Source: Macrostomum lignano (lineage: Eukaryota). From it: DNA of 64,000 nt. This document shows positions 1 through 11,911 of this stretch, in pieces; the stretch's first letter is position 1; each line of letters begins with the position of its first letter. The stretch covers positions 1 to 64,000 of the forward strand of contig NIVC01003761.1 of NCBI GenBank assembly GCA_002269645.1, written 5' to 3'. The translations under genes and the position numbers were made by a program. The notes under the pieces were generated by a model. That model was not told where the DNA came from. It searched no databases and saw nothing but the letters and a program-made list of their open reading frames with translations.

Positions 1-720
1 TTTCAACTGCACCATACATACACTGCGCCTGCATTCCGACTATACTGTTTGTAATAAAACCATATTTTTGTAAATCGTCAGTTCTCACTAACCCATATCA
101 CTTAATTGTGTCTGATTAATATTTGAAAATACAATTATAAGCGATTTGCGAGCAATAAACGATGTTAAGATGAGATTTTAATCGTTAAACCGACAGCTCT
201 CTGCGTTGCAATTTGCTTTTTTCGATTTCGTCATTTCACTGGTGGCCATGCCTGAAAGCCAAAGCAATCTAAATTTAGCAATCCAAGTGAAGTAATGCGA
301 GTGGGCATTGTCTACTATGCCATCTCCAGTTAAGCAGTCAAGCATGGTGTTCACTTACATGGAGATAAAATATGGAACAAAATTTCCTGTCAATAGGACA
401 GTCCATGCGCATGTAAATGACGCGCATTCTAAAATAGGAAGCATGCATGGATGCCCAAAAAGACCGGATGGTACGACTAATTTTCACGGAAATTCCGAGA
501 AAAAAATAGATTCCACACAGTAAGCTGACTAACGAAATATGGCGAAATGTTTTTATAAAATTGAAGTTTCCTTTTCAATAGATACTATTACTGGTACAGA
601 AGTAGCATATTTAGTGTACTGTATAGAAGATAAACAAAATTTAATTGCGTCTATTAATTACTGACTGCAGTAAAAAAACATCTTGCTCTTCATGTAATTG
701 TTCCTGACAACCTGACGGAG

Positions 721-1499
721 CTTCGAGACAAGGTCGCCAACTTCAAGACAAGGAGGCAATCTTTGAGACAATGTCTCCAGTTCTGAGACAAGGTTTCCAG
801 TTTTGAGACAAGGTCGCCAGCTTCAAGACAAGGTCACCAACTTCAAGACAGGGTGGCAATCTTTCGAGACAAGGTCGCCAGTTTTGAGACAAGGTCGCCA
901 GTTTTGAGACAAGGTCGCCAGTTTTGAGACAAGGTCGCCAGTTTTGAGACAAGCTCGCCAGAATAAAGATAAGGTCGCCAGTTTTGAGACAAGCTCGCCA
1001 GAATAAAGATAAGGTCACCAGTTTTGAGACAAGGTCGCCAGCTTCAAGACAAGGTCGCCAGCTTCAAGACAAGGTCGCCAACTTCAAGACAGGGTGGCAA
1101 TCTTCGAGACAAGGTTTCCAGTTTTGAGACAAGGTCGCCAGAATAAAGATAAGGTCGCCAGTTTTGAGACAAGCTCGCCAGAATAAAGATAAGGTCGCCA
1201 GTTTTGAGACAAGCTCGCCAGAATAAAGATTAGGTCGCCAGTTTTGAGACAAGCTCGCCAGAATAAAGATTAGGTCGCCAGTTTTGAGACAAGGTCGCCA
1301 GCTTCAAGACAAGGTCGCCAGCTGCAGGACAAGGTCGCCAGCTTCAAGACAAGGTCGCCAGCTGCAGGACAAGGTCGCCAGCTTCAAGACAAGGTCGCCA
1401 GCTTCAAGACAAGGTCGCCAGCTGCAGGACAAGGTCGCCAGCTTCAAGACAAGGTCGCCAGCTTCAAGACAAGGTCGCCAGCTTCAAGACAAGGCCGGC
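721..1499. repeat. 20-bp minisatellite (consensus GTTTTGAGACAAGGTCGCCA; variants GCTTCAAGAC.., GAATAAAGAT..), about 38 units
   Basis: Tandem units are directly visible. The overlapping ORFs 743-1565 are repeat translations. Confidence 0.95.
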
Positions 1500-1931
1500 A
1501 ACATGCTAAAAGCCAAGTTCGGCCAGCATCTTCAAGATAAGTTCGCATTGCGTTCAATCTTATGAAAGGCCATTATTTATCGTATTTGTATATGCATTGG
1601 GCTACCTATTCAAGGTGAGATGGAAGCAACGATGTTAGAGGGAGGCAGAAAGAAGAGAAAGAGAGCGGTTTGTGTATGGACAGGCAGGCAAGTGCGCTGC
1701 ACAGGTAGGCAGTTCAAGAGAGTCTATCAAGCCTAGCTTGCATGACGGTGTCCATTCAAGCCCTTCACCCCTATTATAAGCGCACAATCAGAGCCAGCGC
1801 CTCCATAGCTACGGAGAGCTCAAACTTGCTTTTAATAGAGCCAGCAATATCTAAAAACGCTTCTGGCACCCATTGGAGAGAAACTGAAACGGTATAAATA
1901 GCGCTCTCAAATCCAGCGACTGACCACCGAA

Positions 1932-3888
1932 ATGACCAACGATTATCGATCGGTTCGATTCCACCTGAGCTATCCGCGACAGGCCAGCGTGCTGAGCTGG
2001 GAGGAGTGCGCCTGCTTAGCCCGGAGCTTGGGCTATCGCGACAACTCGCTGGAGCAGTGCTACCGTCAGGCCATTGATGCCAAGTACGCTACCGAAGGCT
2101 TTCAACTGTCGCAGTTGGACGCCTTCGTTGGCAGCAAGTTCTTCAAGTCCGGCTTCGATTTTTCTTTCAACAGTCACTGGTGCGAGTGGAATGAGCAGGT
2201 TGTGCGCCGAGCAGTCGCTGTGACGGCCGGCAAAGGCATGACCTTCCAGCAGCTGTACACCACCAGGATCGCCTACGGCCTGTACGAGAGCTCGGACCTG
2301 CGCGGGCTCAAAGCGAAGCCGCGCACCGTCATGCGAGCATTGAAAGCCTGCGGTCGAGCGATATCGTTAGGCAAGATGGCCCATCGAGTCCGACACATGA
2401 AGTTTCACGAGCCCGGCCGCCTGCAGCTCGACGAGTTCATCGACTTGGCGCTGTGGGCCGGTCCGCTCGACAGGGAGGAAGCTCGGTGTACCCTCCGACC
2501 GGCGGAGGGCCGTCACGAGATGGTGAGCTTCGAGGAGATGCTAACCCCGATGGACACTCGGATTCAGCGCCGTCTAGACTCGGAGTATCGTCAAGATGAG
2601 CGACAGTATGTGCGCGAGACAGTGCGTCCTGCGGAGACTCGACTTCGTCAGTGCGCGGTGCAGGCTTACAGAGACAAACGGCTGGAGCGAAGTCGGCAGG
2701 CCCGAACGAGCTTTGAAACGCTGCGTCGGGCACTCAGAGAGTCTGCAAGCGGAGCCGGGGCGAGATCATCGAGAGCCACGTTGAGAGCAGCGTCAGCAGC
2801 CGCGGCTGGTCGACGCGAGTCGGCCTACTGGACCGACAGTACGGACAATGAGGACGAACTGGGGACAGGCAATGAGGAGCATGCAGATTCCAGGTAAATA
2901 CTGATTTTGATACCTCAAGGTCACACCTTTTTGGTATTGTAAACTCTTACAAACTCCTCCTAAGGACCGTCTAAAAACCATCTAACCCAGGTGTGCGAAT
3001 GAAACCGACGTACAGGAAACCGTCAGTTTCTCATCGAAGTCGATGAGCTGTGCGAAGCAACGTCCAGCCACCAGTTGCTCTCTGATCCGATCCACGCCGG
3101 CCCTGGTGACAGACTCTGACCTCTCTCAGACGGAGCTTCTACGCGACGCCCTCGCGTTTCAGACTGAGGCGCTGCCGGAGCTGCACTCTCGTCAAATCGC
3201 TGAAAACATGCAGACCCTGCGGCCGGGCTTTGAGCAACGGCATGCCAAACGTCTGGCGGAAGCGTCCGCAACTGCTGAAGAGCAGCGAAAAGCTGCTGAG
3301 GCGCAGCGTCGAGCTGCCAGAGCGTCTGCGGCGAGACAAGCGCGCCAAGATCGACGCCAGCAGCGTCTGGATCGAATGGCGGAGCTGGCGATTCGGCAGG
3401 AACCCGAACAGCTGCCCAGTCACAGCCGTGCGTGCGACGCCACCGATCGGTCAGCAGCCTCGAAGGGCGGCCGGCTGACCGCCGCACACTACGAGGCCTC
3501 CTACCAAGGCCGACTGTTGCAGCAGCTGAGCGAAGCCGACGCCAGGCAAGTGCGTCGAGTTCGAGGTCAGCGCGTTGGCAGCAGCGTCGGAGTCCGAATT
3601 GGACAGCCGCAGCGGAAGCCGCGCCCCGAAACAGCGCCAGCATCGCCGGTAAAAAAACCAATCGTGGACGATGAAAACGAAGAGCAATGGTTGGAACCTC
3701 GGCTTGGGCTGGTCCTGCCGCTAAGGGGACCCGCCTGTCGCCTGTCTCGCCTGAGCTACTCCCGGTCGTGTCCACCGCGAGAGCATCCGGTTGGTGCCTG
3801 GCAGAATTTAACCACAACCAACACCTCAGATGAGGAGTTAGCTTCCACCGTGGATCTGATACAGCGAGTTTTTTATGCGAAAGCTTGA
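1932..3888 (+). CDS. Uncharacterised ~607-aa protein with a weak EF-hand-like segment and a coiled-coil/low-complexity C-terminal half; 2 exons (1932-2893, 3027-3888)
   Basis: ORFs 1932-2897 and 3043-3888 join in frame through a GT..AG intron 2894-3026 (TCC AG|gtaaat...cgtcag|T TTC), phase 2 at both ends. GC-rich, coding-like codon use. Family not recognised. Confidence 0.7.
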
Positions 3889-4121
3889 ATCGGACGCTGA
3901 ATAATTCTACATGTATGAATTTCAAATAAATTAGATTAATTAAATGCTCTAGATAAAATTTATATGCCTGAACATTCGGTAGTGGCTTGTCGAGAGTTGA
4001 CCATCCATCGTTGGTCTTCTAAGTTTTTTTTCTGAGACTGAACTTCATATCTTTATTAGTATATTAGAAAGTTAGAAAGTTAATTTCTCAGTAATCGTTG
4101 CGTTAAGTTCAGAAGTTTCTC

Positions 4122-4853
4122 TTAGTTGAGGCTGTACTTGACCCAATCGGCGCTCGTCTCGATTTCTTCTTGCACCTGAGCGTCGGTGAACAGCAGCAGG
4201 CGGCAGGTGCGCAGCTTGCTGTTGTACAGCACCTGCTTGCTGTTGCCGGCCTGCATGGCGGCTGCCACGCAGTGCATGGCATTCACCTGGCTCAGGTCCT
4301 TAAAGCAGTACTTCCAGCTCGGATTGTAGCTGGTTCGTTTGAATGCAGTCTTTGTCCAGCTGGCACCGCCAGTAAGCTTCGTTGGAGCGGCGAACTCGCA
4401 GATAAATCCATTGTTGTTTGAGCAGTGTTTGTCCTTAAACAACAGGTTGCTCCCACTGGCCAGCACACAGTCCTGGTTGCCATTGTTGTTCGGGAAATTA
4501 CTTTCCCACAGGGCACTATCCGTAGGTAGAATTCCGTTACGGTTGATTAGTTGCCATTGCGACTGGCTTGTGACTCTCTCATCAGCGAGGTCGGTCACCC
4601 CAAGCCAGAACGGGCAGCTGCAGTTGAGACTTGACATGCTGCTCAGCTGCTGCAGCGAGCTGGGCGAGTTGATCAACTCGCCTCCGATCGAAGCGCAGTG
4701 GTGATTGGCCGAGCACCAGCTGTAGTTTTGCCTGATATCGACAAACACGCACTTCTCAGCCTCAATGTGGAACGGACTCGGGCACGGCCCGGTCGCTGAC
4801 GCCTGCTGAGTGAACAGCACTAGCAGGATAGGCGAGGCCCAGAGCAGGAACAT
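4122..4853 (-). CDS. Secreted C-type lectin domain protein with a C-terminal PAN/Apple-like module (243 aa, single exon)
   Basis: Hydrophobic signal peptide. CTLD cysteine pattern and motifs (CP..F....KC, WCSANHHC...GGEL, FWLGVTD, DCV, CSNNNGFICE) followed by a PAN-like C...C...YNSKLRTCRL segment. Confidence 0.85.
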   Translation of the reverse strand: MFLLWASPILLVLFTQQASATGPCPSPFHIEAEKCVFVDIRQNYSWCSANHHCASIGGELINSPSSLQQLSSMSSLNCSCPFWLGVTDLADERVTSQSQWQLINRNGILPTDSALWESNFPNNNGNQDCVLASGSNLLFKDKHCSNNNGFICEFAAPTKLTGGASWTKTAFKRTSYNPSWKYCFKDLSQVNAMHCVAAAMQAGNSKQVLYNSKLRTCRLLLFTDAQVQEEIETSADWVKYSLN

Positions 4854-5330
4854 TTTTATGAGGAAAGATTGTTAAGCCTAAGACTGAACGAGATGGTTGA
4901 GAAACAGTTCCTGAGCCCCATCTTTACATATATACTTTGTAGTAAAATGCACCGCTTAGAATAGCGTTGAAGCTAAAAAGTTAGTAATTTTCTCACTATA
5001 GACTTGCTAGTTAAGTCGCTGAAGCAGAACTTATGCGCAGCCAATGCGCTTTTGTATCGCGTCCCTGCTTGAAGGTTGTGGGGCTTTTCAGGAAATTGTC
5101 GGGTTTTTCTTCGCTTAATTGCATCCATTATTTCCGCAATAATTCCGGGAAGAACTCCACCACTTCAATAATGCATGAGCGACGGTTGAGGCAAAAATTC
5201 CATGCGGGCCACCTGTTGGCAGGGCCTTTTCAAAAAAGTTGTTTGGTAGAAACAGGGAATCACTATTCTACGCTTGAGATTCCAATGAGAGTTTTTTTAA
5301 TGAGAACAAGGCTAACAAGAAAAATCTTAC

Positions 5331-5377
<47 letters not shown>

Positions 5378-5483
5378 GTGTCTGTCTGTCTGTCTGTCTG
5401 CCTGTCGGTCTTTTTTCTGTCTGTCTGTCTGTCTGTGTCTGTCTGTCTGTCTGTCTGTGTCTGTCTGTCTGTCTGTCTGTCTG

Positions 5484-5538
<55 letters not shown>

Positions 5539-5579
5539 GTCTGTCTGTCTGTCTGTCTATCTGTCTGTCTGTCTGTCTA

Positions 5580-5618
<39 letters not shown>

Positions 5619-5639
5619 GTCTGTCTGTCTGTCTGTCTA

Positions 5640-5716
<77 letters not shown>

Positions 5717-5722
5717 GTGTCT

Positions 5723-5752
<30 letters not shown>
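5331..5752. repeat. (TCTG)n microsatellite
   Basis: Direct inspection. Confidence 0.98.
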
Positions 5753-5753
<1 letters not shown>

Positions 5754-6453
5754 TAGTATCTGCCTGTGTCTGCCGAGACTGACTTAAAATGAAGCTACCA
5801 GAAAGCCAAACTGTTTAAACCGTTTTCTTGGCAAAGGAACAGTCGTATATTTTATCCGAGTAATTCTAGTAACAAGGTTTGGTATTATTAAAAGCGAACA
5901 AGAATGACTGATAGCCACCTTTGATTATTCAATTATGCATTGCCAAAAGTGAACAGTATTTTATAAACATTATTTGCCAACAACTTATCGAAATTTTCCT
6001 GAAAAAAAGTTACCCTAATTTGTCTGCGCATCAAAAATCCAGAGAAAGGCTCATAATTATATTTATTATTAATAAGCTTATAACAAAGAGAAATAATGAA
6101 AAAAATTCGCGGTTGCTGCCCTGCACATGTATCGTGATTCAAGATAAAAAATGGGACTTGCAAATTGAGAGTAAATAGCTATAAAAGTTGGGTTCAAAAT
6201 TCAAGCAAAGAACTAGATGTTTTAAATAAGTATACTTCTGTACTAAGATCCTAACTCGACACTCGCTCCCAAGAGGCCCTGGGTTCGATTCTGCATTGAT
6301 TTAAGGAGAGTTCGCGAATGAAACTCAGACCGGAACTTCTCTATATGCCACGATGAAGAGTTCGGGCTGCTGTCCACTCGAAGATAAAAATTGGAAAACA
6401 AACATTCCCTGTACACCCTGTGTGAGCAGGTACCTGTTGGCTGCTGGCCGACT

Positions 6454-9400
6454 TCAATGGCCCAAGTCAGCCCCAAACTCAGGCCTCAGCTCAGCCAGGC
6501 GGGCACGAAAGCCCCGCAGAGCTCCCGCCTGGAACAGCTGATACTGGCGCAGCTCCCTGTGTGCGCAGGACGCCGCGCCTCCTGAGGACGACGACATCAA
6601 CAGAGGATTCGAACTCCCGTCCTCGGCGTCGCAGGTGACCCCGGCGTGGCTGCTCTGGTACATGCACTGCGTGGCCCGGGCGTCGGACTCGGACGGTCGG
6701 GATCGACGGCCGAGAGTTCCGAGAGTCCCGGCCACTCCGCCGCCGCCGCTGCTGCCACTGCCGTTTCCGCTGCCGCGGCCGGCCTGCAGGTCCAGCCCGT
6801 TGCTGCCGCATGAGGCGTCGCGGTGTCTCCCCGTTCCCCGACGCAGGCGCACCATCCGTCTGTTGGCGACGAGGCGCCAGACAAAGACGCCAGCGTAGGC
6901 GAGATTCAATGGCGCCGGTAGCGGGCCGACGGCGTCGCGTAGCCGCAGCGCCGTGCCGAGCCGATGGCGCAGCTGCCAGCGACGGATCTGAGCGCCTCGA
7001 CGCTTCAGCGTGAGCGACACCCGGCCAGCGAGTAGGGCGGTGATGAAGATGAGCCCGATGGCTGCCAAGGCGAGCTGTAGGTTACCTGGAATTAACAAAT
7101 TCGGTTACCAAATAAAAGGTCGTTTCTCGAAGCCACATATTAAGTTGAGAAGGCTCAGTCGTATAAACTGGCGATACATTCAGAAAAAAAGTAACTGTAG
7201 AAAAATTTTAAGCTGCTACGTTTGGCGAAGTTGGCCTCGGTTAGTCGGCAGGTTGGCAAACGCCGTCTAAAAGCAGAGCTCTTACCAATTTGCCACCCCA
7301 TATTTGACGAAGCAGCCGGTGAGGTTTCCGACGCAGCAGTGGCATCAGCCAGACTGTCGGTTTGGTTCGCCATCGTTGGAAGGCCAGCTGGTTTCGTTGT
7401 TGACGTCTCCTTGGCGGCTTCGGAGGCTGCGAAAGCCAGCGTGGCCACCAGCGGAAGCAAGGTGACCGCCGCTGACAGCAGATCGTCGGTCAGAACGAGC
7501 GCGGCTTGCAGAATGAAGCACCCGACGGGCTGGCAGGCTGCGGCGCGGTGCACCAGCCCGACCAGCCACAGCGGCAAGCTGACGCCGAGAGCCGCCCTAC
7601 CAAAGGCGGCTAGCGGCCCCAGAGGTCGCATGCTTAGGCCCAAGACAGTGGCCATCGCGCCCAGCATCCAGCAAGCTGTGAGCACTGGATGCAGCTGAGG
7701 CAGCCGGCTTTGATGGAAGCGCAGACGAACAAATTCTTGGGCTTCCTGGCCAACCTGGCAGAGAAAGCAGAGCCAGGCAAAAGCGTACAGTGGTGTCGAG
7801 ATGGCCACGCTCTGCTTCACCAAAAGCAGCAACAGCAGAAATGACAGCAGAGCCACTGAAAGACACTGGCCAAGCAGTTTGAGCCTGGGCGAAGCGCCCT
7901 CCGGCAGCAGGACTTTCGGCAGCTGTTTCAACGAAGTTGGCGGCTCAGCAAAGTTGACAGACGACTGGCTCCAGACGCGCTCGGTGTAGGCACGCGCGCA
8001 CTCCGTCCCGGAGAGGGCGTCGAACTCGACGCGCCACGGTCGCAGACGCGGCTGCCGGCCCTCGAAAAAGTGCCGCTGCACGCGCGCCTGCCAAGTGTCC
8101 GCATCGTCGGTGGCGCCGCTGTTTCTCCCGGCATCGTCGGCCAGCGCCACCGACCAGACTCGGTCGAGGGCAGCGCAGGCGACGGTCTCGGCGCGGCGCC
8201 GCAGATCCGTCAGAGCCGCGTGCGCTGGGCTGTCAGCGTCAGAGCGAGCTCGAGTCAAGCACCAAGCTCGAAGTCGCTTCAAGCACCGGTTAGCGAGTCT
8301 GCCTTCGCCGATGCTGTCCGCACCTCCTGCGAGGCGCCGGAGCGCATCGTGACAGGCCTCCGCGACGCCGAAGCAGCACTCGATCGGTCGCGAGTGCACC
8401 AGCAACAGCAGGGGTCGCACAGCGGAGCACCAGCCAGCCAGCGTCAGCTCGCGTAGGAAGTCTTCGTCGATGTCTGCTGGACTCAACCGGCGCAGGGTTG
8501 CCAAGGACGCCACCAGTTGCTCGCAGTTGTCGGCCTGGGCACACAGTCGAACCGCCTGGCGCGCTCGTTCCGCTCGATCGCGCGGATTTTCGCCGTCCCG
8601 ACGGCTGGCCAGCCGCTTCACCTGCCAGGCGGCCGAGGCCAAACAGTCGAGAGCTCGGGCTTCAGTCTGCGGGGAGTTCGTTTGGAGCATCGGCGTCAGA
8701 GGAGGATCGACGAGCTCCAGTAGGCGGCGGAAGTCGTCAGCGGCTGTGGCGGGGCTCGGCTCGAATGTCCACAGGTCTGGCAGCAGGCGACGATGCCTGG
8801 ATAATTTGGGGATTGGGGCGAGTGGCGCGGCTTAGTGAGGCCAACCAGGGGCGCCACCCTGAGGGGATTTAGCACAAGGGGATTTAGCACGAGGGGATTT
8901 AGCACGAGGGGATTTAGCACGAGGGGATTTAGCACGAGGGGATTTAGCACGAGGGGATTTAGCACGGGGAATTTAGCACGAGGGGATTTAGCACGAGGGG
9001 ATTTAGCACGAGGGGATTTAGCAGGAGGGGATTTAGCACCAGGGACGCCAGCACCAGGGACGCCAGCACCAGGGACGCCAGCACCAGGGACGCCAGCACC
9101 AGGGGCGCCAGCACCAGGGGCGCCAGCACCAGGTGCGCCAGTGGAGCGCCAAAGACAACGTAGTTGTCGGTCGCTTAAAAACTGTTGTGAGAATGCCATC
9201 AAACCAGCGCACAATGCTCCCTTTAACTATTAAGCAAACTGTGTTTGTATACAAAAATATTTGCTTTACTTTTCTCTGTCGCTAATCTAGGAAAACGAAT
9301 TTTTTTCCTCTTCAGTAGTCCCGATAGATTGATTTTTTCATGCTAATTGACCTATGCTAAATACTAATCGACCCGAATTTAAACCATTTAAAGCTGTTTT

Positions 9401-10083
9401 TTAATTGATTCTTCTTGACTACTAAAAGTAGCAGGTAGTTGACATGAGCGTTCTTTGATCGAGTTGACTCTAAACCGGTAGTTTTTAGGACCCAACCTGT
9501 CAGCGAGCACGTCGGCAAACGTTCTGCCGTCCGAATCGACGCTGAAGACGTCGCCGCCAGCGGCTCGAACGCTTCTAGCCAGCGAGACCAGCAGTCCAGG
9601 GTGACCGCCAGCTGCTGCGCAGTGCAGCACGCTATCGTTATCATCCGGATGCACTCCATCTTCGTCATCGGTGCAGCGCAGCAGAGCGGTCGTCCACGCC
9701 TCCGGATCCTGGTCCTGGAGCACCTGCAGCAGGCAGGCGCGGCCACTGCGGGCTCCGGCTAGCAGCGCCTCTCGCCACAGCCGCGGCGCAGCGGCCACCT
9801 CTTGGCCAGCAGGCAGCGCAGGATGCCCAAGGACACGGAGAAATTGTTGCCGTCCTCGCAGGCTTCGATCTCGCGAGTCAGCGCCGTGTCCCCGAACTCG
9901 TCCCGGCCAGTCAGCAGGGCCGTCAGCTTGGCATCGTCGGCGTTGGCGAGGACGGCGGCGCTGAGGGCCGAAGTTGGCGAGCCGGCCGGCTGTCCCAGGC
10001 CGCTGCAGGCGATCTTGCCGGACGTCAGGGCGCCGCTGAAAGAGCCGCAACCATTGAAGCTGCTGCTGCCGTTGCGGTGAAGA
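6454..10083 (-). CDS. Divergent TRPC-like cation channel with N-terminal ankyrin repeats; exons 10083-9497 (apparent 1-nt frameshift near 9806), 8796-7286, 7085-6454; 5' end not resolved
   Basis: Ankyrin-like segments (RDEFGDTALT, DSVLHCAAAGGH). TRPC-like pre-S1 (SPRLKLLGQCLSVALLSFLLLLL), several TM helices, S6 followed by a TRP box/proline motif (RRWQLRHR...GPLPAPLNL, compare EWKFAR...LPPPFN). Introns 9496-8797 (phase 2) and 7285-7086 (phase 1, G|GTAAG) keep the frame. Confidence 0.75.
8861..9140. repeat. 15-bp minisatellite (TTTAGCACGAGGGGA grading into CCAGCACCAGGGGCG) in a TRP intron
   Basis: Tandem units visible; same family as 28958-30077 and 50590-51198. Confidence 0.95.
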
Positions 10084-10126
10084 CTGTGAGATACGGGGTT
10101 GGGGATGAGTGGGTGGCCTGTAAGTC

Positions 10127-10500
<374 letters not shown>

Positions 10501-11656
10501 GGTGTGTTTGGGTTGAGATTTAAGTCTCAGCAACAACAACAGCAAAATACGCTGTCAGTGTTCTTAGAAAGCAGCGCACCTGAGGGCGCACCCGAGGTAA
10601 AATTCATAAACCTCATTCTGTTGCGATTCTACAAAATCATATTTTCGTGTCTTACCTCATTTTTATGACACGTCCGATTTAGAATCGAAGTTAACTTTTA
10701 TTAATTTTCAGTTGGCAATGAATGAAGTGGCGATATCTGCATTGGGAACTGGGCCAAAAGCAAAAGCAAAGTGTTAGCTAAAGGAAGAAGTAAGCTGAAG
10801 CTGAAGCTTGGCGTTGGTTAGAGGTTGAAGCCAAGTGAAGTAGGTGTTTCTAGCAAATTTGCGCTCGTGGTCCCGTTCCCCGTCCGGCTGTTCATTCCGA
10901 AAACAGAGTGAGTCAGCTAAGCAATGGGTTGGTGCCGAGGGAAAGGAGATGTGTGGGCGGCAGACAGGAGGTTGGGGGCGGACGGCCCTGGAGGGAGGGT
11001 CAAACAGGAGACCTCACGAGAGCCTAAGAGGATGACGAAGCAGCCGTCCCCCCGTCGAGGGTCTGCCAAAGAATCTCGGCTCTCCCCTTCCCTGCTTCCC
11101 CGTTCTCGTCAACTAAACTTGGAGGGCTCCCTCGCCTCTCCCATGTTTCATGGAGTGCTAAAGAAAAGCGAAATTTTATGGAGCAAAGTGTCTTATGGGC
11201 GCTAAAAATTTCTATAGAAGACGATTAAATGTATCCTAAGGAGGATATCAACAAGTCGCTTACAGACAGAATCATTGGTCAACTGTCTGTAATCCAGATG
11301 TTACGTTTCTCTAGTATTCCACGACCGATCTGGGGACTGGACCAGATAAATCGTCAAATCGAATCCACTAAAATCATGCTATCACATCCAGCGCACATTG
11401 GCTTTCAGTTCCCCTCTGCCCCAGCAGCCCAGTTGTACATGCAGGGTGCTCGGCATGGGGTGGCTGCCGAGCGATCGATTAAAGAGCTTCAATGCGTCGA
11501 GGGACAGAGATAGCCTTCCAGCCCGAAAATTGAATTGCATAACAGAAATTATTTTCTAAGGCACCACTTTTGCCCCATAATTTCTCGGTGCTTTTGACTA
11601 TACTTCTGTTTGCTCGGGCTAACTTCCACTAACTTTTACATGTACTTGCTTCTGTT

Positions 11657-11815
11657 CTCTCCTGTTCACTCCTGTTCACTCCTGTTCACACTCCTGTTCA
11701 CTCCTGTTCACTTCTGTTCACCCCTGTTCACCCCTGTTCACCCCTGTTCACCCCTGTTCACTCCTGTTCACTCCTGTTCACTTCTGTTCACTCCTGTTCA
11801 CTCCTGTTCACTTCT
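11657..11815. repeat. 10-bp satellite (CTCCTGTTCA)n, left part, interrupted by the retrotransposon
   Basis: Tandem units; the same unit resumes at 17709. Confidence 0.95.
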
Positions 11816-11911
11816 TGACTTACTTGACTTAGCTGCAGGGCTGTCCCGAAGGGGACACAGCGGGAAGGCGCGAATGCCCATTCCGCTAGTCCCTGAACGG
11901 CCGACGCGTCG

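Noticed and set aside
3023-3925. 300-aa antisense ORF, and similar long antisense/alternate-frame ORFs over the TRP, LINE and CCDC102 exons
   Set aside because: Shadow ORFs of GC-rich coding sequence with no recognisable motifs.
5033-5782. (LSVC)n ORFs here and at 54005-55097
   Set aside because: (TCTG)n microsatellite translations.
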